Positions 25,676 to 36,970 of a stretch of DNA of 64,000 nt are shown in pieces (within the stretch, counting starts at the first letter, position 1; every line of letters begins with the position of its first letter). The translations under genes and the position numbers were made by a program. Below the pieces are notes generated by a model. The model was given only the letters and a program-made list of their open reading frames with translations, was not told the DNA's origin and ran no database searches. The stretch lies in the NCBI GenBank assembly GCA_977030845.1, contig OZ365113.1, forward strand, positions 37,944,001 through 38,008,000. Reading direction: 5' to 3'. This stretch comes from Fimbriosthenelais zetlandica (lineage: Eukaryota).

Positions 25676-28021
25676 ATCAACCGACGTTTATCATTCACCG
25701 AGTTCCTTCCCAGGGATGCCAGCTAAACTGAAAGTGGAGGACTTTAAAGATCAACTACCTGGTAAATCATCTGGTATTTTGGCATCATCTGCAGGGGATT
25801 TTCTCCAAGTTATTTGACTACACTAACACAAAAAGAAATTCTCATACATTTGAGATTTTGTTTGTAACATTAAGAGGAAGACCAGCATCCCTGTAAGCCA
25901 CGTGGGTAGGGGGGAATTTAGAGGTCACAGATCAGTTAAGAGTGAGAAATAGTTTTCTTGATAAAGGACATATAAAATGTGTATCACACAATACTCTCTT
26001 TTGCAGTTTGGTTCATGCAATGATAGAAACAGGAATAGTGAGCGTTTGAGCTCCAATACAAAAATAATCCACAGAACTAGCTTTGGTAAAGCAAAGCTTG
26101 TCAATACAATGTCCAATCCTCTTAACATAGATTAAGTATTGAGAAGCACAAGTTGGTTTAAACCATTTAGGTTAAGTTTCTGTGGAGACTGCAACGACTA
26201 AGGTATTACTATTTTGAATAAATGTAAGGATGGTATATTTTTATGTTCCATTTTCAAACGCAACTATGAGGGTAACCAAAGGATGGAACCAAACAAATTG
26301 TGCGAAAAGTGACTAAAATAGTCAATGACCAAATTGTAATCCATTCAGTAAAAGTAACATTAAATAAATCTCTTCCAGGAAGCAGATAGACCCTTGATAT
26401 AAAGCTTTTTCTTTAACAATAGACAAGAAGACAAACTACTCTAGCACGGACAACTCCGCTAACATAACGAAAAAAACAATATGGCGGCGCGAGACCAAAA
26501 CCTTCACTTCACCTCGAATGTAAACCAAAACAGAATAAATTAAACTCTTAAATTGTTTCACACATTAACTTTCCCTCCCATATTCAAGTCCCCTTATTAA
26601 AATATCTTAAGCCCCATTTGTGCTGCAAATTGAAGAAAAAAAGAAAATAAATGGTTTTGAGCCACCCATTTTTAGTAACAGACTATACAGTGAACCCAAA
26701 TAAATGACAAGAATAGAGAAGACCACTTCATGAAGAAGCTGGAGAAGTGATGAGCAAAAGTTGATTGAAGACCTGGGTTTTCTGATCATCGGGTCTTGGT
26801 GAGTTGTTTCTAGCAGAGAGGTACTCGTCTTGTTTCTGGGAGAAGTTACTATGTAGCTCAGAGACCAATCAAGGAGCGGAGTGGATCGTAACAAGGACAA
26901 ATAAGTGAGCGGTTCGCCTCAGCCAGCTGGTAGAATGTTAATAGAAATCATCTACAGACACGTTCAACTCTAACAGTCGTCTCAGCTTCACACTTCGTTG
27001 ACCCCAGAACAGATGCTAAAACTTAAGCCCAAAACAAATAGAGTAAGATTCCCACCCAAGGTGTGCTTCTCGCTGCACCTTAAGTGTCAAATCTCAAAAA
27101 AGCCAGCCCAGGGATCCCGTAGTTTATAATGCCGGTCTGTGTGAGTCTCTGTCTCCAGGTTGGGTGGGCCGGCGCGCGGGAACCAACCTAGACCGGTATG
27201 CACTGTGTCCCTACAGCAGCCAACATAAACAATCTGACAAATCATGTCATGGTAACTGTTAACGAAGAACACCGTCTGAGTGCTGTGTAAGGGACATATG
27301 CAATAACCATAGTCTTATGTCCTTTTATATGTATATACATATATATATCATATATCCTTATAAGGTCCTTTTGTTATCCTCTGTACACACAAATAAATCC
27401 ACTTTACGGAGGGAGGTTTGGATGCAGGCTTTCACAGTCACACCTGCCATGATCTCTTAGTTTTTTCACTGCCCGCAAAAACGAGCAGAAATTTGTCTTT
27501 TTTCAAGCTGAGCTTTAAAATTGCAGCCTTTCCTTTTATCCATGGTCCAAATTACTCGCCTCCTTCAAACATTTACCATCACAACACAAGTATATATATA
27601 TATAGCCATATATACATAGACACTCGCATGAGAAGGTCCATCGGAGCAGTCACATATCATCAATTAACAAATATCCAGGTCCCCTGCACCATAGAATCCA
27701 CTCCCACAGCCACTTACAAATCCAAGCAATAACACAGCAAATATCAAGTAGTCTATGATTCAACCAAGTCTCAGTTTGTGTTTTTTTTTTCATCCGTGCA
27801 CCTTCAATGAAGGTGTGTTCCTTCCATACCGACCCAGTGCTTTCTTTATTTCTATCTTTCTCGCTCTATCTCACTTATAAAGTGTTGAAACTAAAAGCAG
27901 CGTGTGATTTGGAGTCAAGTTGGCACTCATTGTGTGAGTGTGTATACATGTCTATGGGGGCGTACTAGGCGTACATTTACCCCAGCTTCACCTGGATGGA
28001 CCAGGTATTTGTGTCTAGTAG

Positions 28022-31000
28022 TTAAGTGAGGTCTCTCCGCCTGTAGTATAGAAGGTAGGGGAAGCGAGTCTGTTCGTACTGGAGAACCTTTTGTTGTGAG
28101 ACAAGTGAGACTGTACTGTCGTCTACACGGACCCAGTTCTGGATGCCTTGATGGTAGATGTCGGCTGTGTAGTGTCCACCTATAGCTCGCATACCATGGT
28201 GGTTGACCACTGAAAAATAACAAAATAAAAGTTAGAATTAGATGATAAAATAGGAGAGAACACACAAGGCAGTGTGATTCCAGGTTAGTGTAATCTTTAA
28301 TGCCAATGCATTTCTGCTGTGGCGAAAAGTTTCAATGAAAGGAATGACATTCAAATGTTTGGCAAAGTGAACCAGGGACCCCCTGTATTCAAGTTGAACA
28401 CTCTCCCGCCTGAGCCAAAGCCCCACACCAAGAAGGTATAGAAGAAAGAATAGAAACAATCTTACCTGAGAAGAGTTCATAGACACGCTTAGATTGGGAA
28501 TACTTGGATTTGGCATTGGCTGACATCAAATCTAAAAAATAAAGAAAAATAATTCAATTCAAATTGAAGTATAGCTTAACAAATCTTCATGAAATCAAAT
28601 GAGTTTCAATTTTACTGACCTTTGCCAATGTTAAGTTCTAGCGGTACATCGATCTGTTTGCTAACTTTCTGTACACCTCCAGTTTTCTGGTAGATGAAAC
28701 ATTTGAGATGAAGAATGAGAACTGGAGGAAGTTCATCCATGGTGTAGCGGCGGTAGGCCTCCACCTGCAAGTAACAATCAGTCAAGAATTAAAATAGTCA
28801 AGAATTAAAATTGATATCTTCAAAAATTGTACCTTTAAATTTTTAGATAAAAAATTCAATTTTTTCCATATTATATTGGCCCCATAATCTAGGGTGGCCT
28901 AATTATATCTACGTCTATGTAATATTGAGGGGAATTTTGGTCATCTTTTAGATGAATGGTGTTCATACCTCTTGTTTATTGTCGTTGGTGTAGCCGTGTA
29001 GAGTTTCTTTACTGGCCAGAGCCTCCAGTGCTTCATTTACACTCGTTACTTTTTCATTCTGCAAAATAAGAAAAACCAGTTACAGTTAGTTCAGGATCCT
29101 CAGACTACACGCAGCACATAAATATAAACTCAGATCTAACTAACCTAACTAACATTTCAGGAGTTACTTAACATCTTTTGTAAAGAAAATGATAAGAATT
29201 ATAATATATTACGATACCTGTATGTCTAGTTGTAGAGAGAAGAAAGGTTGGAGGGTACACGACTCCTTGTGGCCTTGCTGATGGACAGTCGACCTTAATT
29301 GTCCACCAAACGTCTCTGATATCGGGGAATGACTTAATTTGGCCTGTACAGAAAATAATATTCAATTCATTTACATATAATATATCCCCATTTGGCATAT
29401 ATACGATATAACCAATACAATAAAGTGACAGCGAATATTTAACGCCATCACATACAAAAATGAAATAAAGATGGCAAGTTTATATGTTGTATGGGGTTTA
29501 ACGTCAATTTTTAACTACGCATTAGGTTAAGCCATATTCTTCACTTACACTTCTTGTAACAACACTTTTATTTTTGGGTCCAACCTGCTCCCACTGGTCG
29601 TCATCATCTTCGTTATCGTTAGCCGTCCCGTCGCGAGCGCTCCCGTTACCTGCTACATCCCCGTTCTCCTTTGTTTTATCATCTGCCAAAGAAAAGTAAA
29701 CATTTTAGTTAGTCGAACAAGCCCAATAGTAAAGCGTAAAATCAGGGGTCAATTTTTTTAATGAAAATAAAACTTTGTTTTAGTGCCTTTAGATCATAAA
29801 GGATTAGATAAATCACAGAAAACTTCTGGACAATTTTCTGTAAAAATAGTTATTTTTACATAATTTCCTCTAAAAAAGGAAGCCGGCACTCATTGACGAT
29901 TTCTGGTAGGAAACTAAAGCCTTTTTGCTCACCATTGCGGATGATATTAATACATGCGACCATCTCCTCGTGAAGGGCATTGAGCAGGACACCAAGGAAC
30001 TCCTCTGCATCTTCCTGCCTTCCTAACTGTAATGTTAACACAGTAAATGAAGTTAGCCTTGATCTATAAGAATTCACATTTTCAAAATAAAATCCTAAAA
30101 TAAAATAGAATTTTTGGAATTTCCAATGATCTCAGAGAACAGTTCCTCAAGCAGAGATCATACATCTGAAGATGAGCTTTCATTAAAGAGAGAAGAGAAG
30201 ATCGTACCTTGAACGAAGTACTTGACTGAATAACTTCTAACATTTTCAGGACGTTCACTGGCTCAAAGGGCGGCCCATAACGGATGTCTGAATTAGATCG
30301 TGAAGGTCCTTTACCCGCTGAAAGCAGAGGAAAAACATTATAACATGAGCAGAAAGATTTATATGCTGATAAATTAATGTAAAGATCAGAGAATTATTAC
30401 TTACAAGCTTTCTCGATGTATTTGAGGTTTTGGGGCGGCACTTCTGTAAATTCATTCACGAACTGGCTTCTGTAAACAGGAACAAACATGCAAATTAGAT
30501 TTAGTTTAAGAAGAATTAATTTATAATGACATTAAATTCAGTATGAAAGTAAATTGTACTGACATGCAGTCTATGACCGGGGTACTGGTGGGTCCTCGGG
30601 AGCCAGGTTTGAAGTTAGGCATGGCCTTCATGAGTTGATAGAATGCTGGACAGCCCAGCAATGCCTGCAGGGTCTTCACATAGTCAAGGTCACAAATACT
30701 CAACATCATGTTTCAAGAAATCATTACCTGCTTCAAGAAAGCATAGCCTGATTAAGAAAATCTTAACTTGCTCCAAGAAATCATAAACTGCTTCAAAAGA
30801 ACCTAGATTCTTGTAGAATTAGAAATCATAGCTTAGCTTACTTCAAGACATGTGCCATTCCCATTTTAAGGGGCGAGTAAAATTATCCTATTTTGCAATT
30901 ATATAAAATACGTATCTAAATAGGGCATAATTGGAGCACCTAATAATAAAGTATATGTAAATGTGAGTGAATTGTTAAAGGATACAGCATTGATGTAGCA

Positions 31001-34000
31001 CCAGTTTGAGCGGTTATAGAGACCTCGAGGCTGGAGGGACACAGGACTGTACTTATTAGCGTATTTCGACAGAAATTCTGTAAAAAGAAATCAAACATAA
31101 AATCACCAAAGGTATATGAAATTCTATACGAAGTTCATCATTAGAAGTGAAAGATCAGGGAACCCCTAATACATATGTTTATGATAACAAATTTTATCAC
31201 CACCAAATTTATCTATGATTCTGATTTCATCCCAATTCATTTCCTAGATTTATCTTTGACATTTTATCACGGTTGAACTTTGCTGATAACAATAACTTTC
31301 ACAAGAAAATAACCATAAGATTATTAGTCTATAAATTATCGGTATATAAATTCTACCTCACTTGTTTAAACTTCAGTGCATTCCTGTTTTAGAGCCAGTT
31401 TACTGACCAAGGAAATAGTGCTGTTAAAATACATTAAAAAAAAAATGAAAACCAGTTTAAAAAAAACAAATATGTAGTTCACCTCCTAGCTTCCTGGCTT
31501 TGCCGTCCTCGTCTATAGGTACTGTTTTCTTGTCGTCTTTCTCTTCACTCTTGCGTACAGGTTTAGTATTATTTACAGGAGATGGCTTCAGCTCGGGAGC
31601 AGGACTGGGCGGGGCGGGTTTGCTCTCACTTTTAAACAGAGATGCCCACACCATCTTGGGTTTGACGGGTTCGGTGACTGGAGGAGCCGGCACCTCTACC
31701 ACTTTAGTCTCTGATTGCTTGTTGTTGGCCTCCTTGGTTAGGGGAGGTGATGACGGGGTAGAGTTGGTCAGTGGTGTGTTGTTGAGGACGCTTGTTGAAC
31801 TGTTTGTCACGTTGACGGTGGATGTCGGGGTGGTTACGGTAACCCCAGCACTTGTAGAGGTTACCGCAGTCGCCGCAACGGTAACCGATTTCTCTTTCAA
31901 GTCCTCCGGGGGAAGAGGCGCGTCGTGAAACTCTTCAACTGGCTCCGCAACATCTTTTATTGTTTCCACGGAAACAACAACAGGCGTTGCCTGAGGTTTA
32001 GGAGCAGTTTTAGGAATCACGCTAGCTTTATTAGGGGGAGCACTTTCTGTCTTTTTCGCCTCCTCACTCTGTTTGAAACTAGGATCTACTTCAGATGACT
32101 GGGCATTCATTGTGGCTATATCTTGTACAGTACCAAAAGTCAACGTACCACTAAATGAAGCCTTTATACAGGTCCGTTCATCTTTATCTTTTTTAGTTTC
32201 GGAAACGTTATCCCCGACCTTGATCATAGGGGGAGCACTTTCCTTATCAACCACAGGGTCTTTTACAATATTTACATTATGATTTTTAATTTTAATAGGC
32301 GCCTGTCCATCGCCCTCTCCTATGAGAGGTGCGTTTTGAATTGTCTGGCCACTGTCACCACCTTGACAGCTCTGAGGTGGGGGTTGCACCTCCACTGTGA
32401 CAGGAACTTGTTCCTTCATTTCAGGTGACACAGGTTTATTAACATCAGGCTGTGGAGACGGGGCGGCAGGTTTCTGATTCCCAGACGCCATAGCCTGATG
32501 TTGTGTGTCTAGTTTATGTGGTGGTGACTGGGCTGTGATGGGAACAACAACAGCTGGTGGTGGTGGTGGTGGTGGTGGCTGTGGTGGTGGTGGTGCCACC
32601 ACTACAGGCTTGTGGGGGACATGTTGCACCATCTGGCCATGAGGCTGGGGTAGAGGAGGACCATAGTTAGGTATATTCTGAGGGGGCTGTGAATACATTA
32701 AGGGCATACGTTGCCCTCCTGTCCTTGCCACATCTTTTTGAACTGGATTAGCACTAGCCTGATTATAACTGTTATTTGGGTTTAAGGATTGTATTGCGAC
32801 CTGTTGCACACTGAGAGGCACATTTGGTGATGCCTGTGGGTGGGGTGGATGGTATCCATGGATATCCATCGGTCTGGGGTCCGGATACTGCTGGGTACCC
32901 ATTGGAGGCCCTCTCGGGGGTGAGCGCCCCATCTGAGGGGGCGCCATTGAGGGGGAGATGTTTGAGGGACTCATGGCCACTGGTCGGCCCTGTGGGGGTT
33001 GACCCATTCCTCCCATATTGCCATGGTTACCAGGGCCTACCGGCGGCTGCTGGTGGAATACAGGGTTCTGGGCAACATGAGGAAGGGTGTAAGGGTTAAA
33101 GGTAGCTCCGATCATCCGAGCCATCTCCTGCTGGTGCTGCTGAACTAGGTACTGCTGTTGCGTGCTGGCTTGCACGGATTGCTGATGTCTCTGGAACATC
33201 TGCATCTGTTGGACAGCCTGCTGGTGCATTGGATTGATCATGCTGGTGATCATAGGGTAGCTGACTGGGATATGCTGACCATACTGACTAGACATGACTG
33301 AGGCTTGTTGTGTGCCTGGTATGCCCACATAGCCAGCAGTGGCAGGGGATGACTCCATGGCCTGACGTACAGAAACCGCCGGTACTTGATACCCACCCAC
33401 GACTTGTTGAACCACTTGCGGACCAACTTTATTCTCCTGCTCACAGCGCTTGTAATAATCGGGCGGCCTGCGTTTTTTATTTCTACGCTCGTATGTTTTG
33501 CTTGCAGAGTTATTCATTTGAGCTGACTGCGCTCCTGGAGAAGGGGCTAGATTCTGTGTGGTTGTGTTACTCGGTCGGGTATAAATACCGTCTTCCACAT
33601 GGCCTCGAACCTGCTGAGGTGGCTCAACATCAGAACGTCTTTGTACATTATAGTCATGCTGGTGGGTGGGGCGAGGTGGGGGTGGGGGGTGGTGAGCAGG
33701 GGGGGAGCGCTCGTGTATACCAGGGGCTCCAGTATGGGTAGGGATGGGTGGTGGGAGGTAATCAGGAACCTGGTGTGGATAGTAAGCGTCTATGGGGACA
33801 GCCACTGGAGCTTGAACTTTCTCCTCCATTGGTTTCTCTCTTGGCAGTTCAGGAGGATCGCACCGTACTGGTTCTTGTACTGGTTTCCCAGTCTCATCAG
33901 TAGGGTGCACTGTCTCTGCAGGAATATCTGAAGCTATCTCTATCTCTTCAGGTATGGTTTCCTCTTTAACCAGTTCTGGTTTTAAGGTCTCTGGGATCAC

Positions 34001-36820
34001 GGGTTCAGAGACTTCGAGGGGATCTTCTAAGGGAAGGTTGCTGCTCTCGGTAGAAGTGGGTGGTGGGGGAGGCAAGCCATCACCGGCATCCTTCCTACAT
34101 GCAGCGGGCTCGGGCTCAGTTTTATTGTGGAGGCCTGCATCTAGCGTCTACAAATATAAAAAAAGCCACATTTATATATTAACACAATGTTAAATGTGAC
34201 AAAAATAATGGACATCTGACAATCAATGTAAGTACTTTGCTTAATAATCTAAAAAAATGAAACTATATATTCGAGAGTAGTCTTGGTCAGAAAGATATCA
34301 TATAACAAACTGATGGTCCAGAGAACGGGAGGTTTTATTTAGGGACATAATTGCCATAAGAAACTATATCCATTTCACAATAATAAGTGACATGTAGAAG
34401 TTGTCACTTGATGATGTCAGTTTCCATTTTTGTGTGAATTGCAGGAAACTCACTGGTTTCTAGGGCTTAAAACTTGAGGATATGAGACATGGATACAGAC
34501 TTGGAGTAAATAAAGTAGTCCAAAGTTATTACACTTTAACGAGGTTGGGAGAGAAGCTCATATTTTCCAGACATGCGATGCGTCTGTAGTACTAGTTAAG
34601 TAGAGGAACATCAAATTATCCAAGTTAACTTTTTAAACTTTTTATGACTATGCTCGGAGTAATTATATATTTTGCACAGCCTGAAAGGAAAGTTCAGGAT
34701 CTCGATCGTCAATTCTTACCTGAGTTGCTGTAGTTGTTAAGTTGGTTTTTGTCGTGGCAATAGATGCACGTGGTAGATGACCTTTAAAAACAGCAATAAC
34801 ATCTAGATGTAATAATATTATGGCGTGGGATGGTTTATTGGTCAATGGAGAAATCAAAGTTGCAGGTATCTAATTTTCAAAATTGATTGTCTAAAAAACA
34901 TGTAATAGACCAATTCGAGGAAGGGAAAGTAGCAAAAAATCACACAGAAAAAGAAAACAATTCAAACTTACACTTAATCCTAGTCGCTGGCTTCTCCCAA
35001 TACAACTGCAAAAATTAGAAAGAACAAAATTTCTTATTCAGAAATCAAAAACTATTGTTACTTATTTAAAGTACAATGGAAAAACGTCGCATATTACAGG
35101 TCATCTTTCCTCCGAATCACATTCTGATTCCATACAGGGCTCCCCTTAATTTTGGGACTGAGCAAGTATGGTCTCTATAGCCTCTATTGAGGTGGTCGGT
35201 TTAGAGGGCAGGGGGAATGTATTCTAAATATATGAGAAGGAAAACTGGACCAAACGAACATGGTCGGTTTAGGGAGGTAGTTGGATTTGGCAAGAGCACT
35301 GCATTAACAAAACTATTCAAATTATAGGAATATTTTATGAATATTCTTATGTACAGTAAATAAAATTGACCAGTGAATGAAAGAAAATACAAGTGTTGAG
35401 ACCTACCTCAAGCCGGGCACTCCCAGACCGTAGAGAGTTGAGGAGAAATTCTTGATCCTCAGGCCCCAGGTCATCGAAGAACCCAAACTTCAAGCCCTGA
35501 ATAAAAGAGTATAACTTAATCAAATCAATGGACAAATTCAATATGCAAATTCTAAATATTGAAACACAAATCTCGTGGTTGTAGTAGTTCTGGGATCTTA
35601 TATCTAGCTCTTGGATAAGGCATATTTCTGATTTCTACAGCATACATGTATTAAGGGGTTAATTGACTAACTGGATTTTATCAATGATTCATTTTAAGAT
35701 GGGGAGGGACCTATATTATCAAATATCAGAACAGGCCTTGGCTCTAAATCATAAACATTTATGAATAATTTACTGAAATGTTAAGATGTAAACTAGATCT
35801 ATAAGTTTTATTGTTGGATCATTCATGAAGAAAAACTGACAAAACACTTGTAGTCTATTGGTAAGAATAAATTATCAAAATGAACAGAAATAAAAGATAT
35901 TCTCAAGCGTTTCTTTTTTACTGATCAGGCCCTGTTATAACTCCTACCGAAAGTATTAAACAAAGAATTTTCTTGCAATGTCAATCTACGTATGATCTCT
36001 TTTCTAAATGTACGTCAATTTTACACAAAGTGACAAGTGACAGGTCTGGCAATCTACATTTATGTCATTATGAGTCATCAGTGTCACAGACTCACAGGTG
36101 CTAAAAGTTTAAGGTTCAAACTCATGAAATAACAACAGTATATTTGCATCAACACTGCCTGCAAATTAACCGAGTGCACCCTCCCCTAACAAATAGTTAT
36201 TCCTTTCTTTTATCAAGGAAATTCCCCTCGTGACAGATAAGTCAGTTCAGCTCCAACAACAGTGACAGTATTGCATTGCGTCACGAATCATTATTCCTAA
36301 ATGACCAAAACAGTATTTTTCTTTGCCATTGTTCCTGCACTCTACCAAACACTACAAGCTTTTAGCTTCACAATATAACGTGTAAGGGGATGGGAAATTT
36401 TGATCAGTAAGAATTTGAAGTAGTAGGGACAAAATGATCATGATAATCACTTCCCCGACGATCTGGGTAGTTCAGACCGGTCCCAACTTCTCTTCAAAAC
36501 TAAAACTTCTCATGCACAAACGGTCATGGGTCAATTCCTAGAAGTTAAACTCTTATGGCAACATTACTATAAGACCCATGATAGACCAGGGAAGATTTTA
36601 TTAAAACAATGCAAATTTGCAAAACACTTTTCCGTGCCGGCGACCGGCGGTGTCGAAGTGTCACTGGGCGCCAGACAGTAGCACCCAGGTCAATTTGAAG
36701 ATCTATGCCCACCGACAGGGAGCTCCTATCACATAAACGCCCCCTCTTTGTGTGAAACTGATACCATAGTCTGTTTGGACTTAGTTTCATAGAGAAACTT
36801 ACCTGATTTGTAGAATTCAT
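28022..36820 (-). CDS. USP10: Ubiquitin carboxyl-terminal hydrolase 10, about 1362 aa, up to 16 coding exons
   Basis: Exons (5' to 3'): 36820-36803, 35496-35407, [35005-34972, 34781-34720 less certain], 34147-31483, 31077-30986, 30673-30564, 30469-30405, 30317-30208, 30026-29933, 29682-29549, 29343-29218, 29058-28969, 28764-28620, 28531-28466, 28209-28022; all phases join. Cys box [64 protein letters not shown], His box [21 protein letters not shown]10-type KKRRPPDYY and WASLF motifs are present. Confidence 0.95.
30674..30985 (-). other. U12-type (minor spliceosome) GT-AG intron of USP10
   Basis: 5' splice site GTATCCTTTAAC at 30985; branch point CCTTGAC at 30689-30683, about 10 nt from the terminal AG; no polypyrimidine tract; joins NWCYINA to TLQALL in frame. 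Confidence 0.9.
30712..30800 (+). repeat. Degenerate 20-bp tandem repeat inside the USP10 U12 intron
   Basis: TTCAAGAAATCAT..CTGC-like units start at 30712, 30732, 30752, 30772 and 30792. Confidence 0.75.
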
Positions 36821-36970
36821 GGTTGTTTTTATCGAGTCATGCTTCTAGCTAAGTGAAGAGTTCGCCATGTTGCATGGTCCAAGATCACGCTCTGCGCATG
36901 TGCAGGGAGAGGAGACTTCCGGTTAGTTCCTCAAGGCTGAGGCAGGTGGCGTATCATTTTCCCGCCAACT
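36821..36970 (-). promoter_or_regulatory. USP10 proximal promoter / 5' UTR with housekeeping-type motifs
   Basis: YY1 CGCCATGTT 36863-36871, NRF1-like CTGCGCATGTGCAG 36892-36905, ETS ACTTCCGG 36915-36922 and E2F TTTTCCCGCC 36957-36966, all within 150 bp of the first coding exon. Confidence 0.7.

Noticed and set aside
29210-29217. GTATCG donor as a second U12 intron in USP10
   Set aside because: It lacks the CCTT of the U12 consensus, and the acceptor has a normal pyrimidine tract.
31500-34193. Plus-strand ORFs at 31500-31928, 32824-33099, 33310-33741, 33599-33931 and 33954-34193 as separate genes
   Set aside because: They are antisense shadows of the GC-richer USP10 exon, with no domains or splice support. 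The same applies to plus-strand ORFs over the ZBTB gene.
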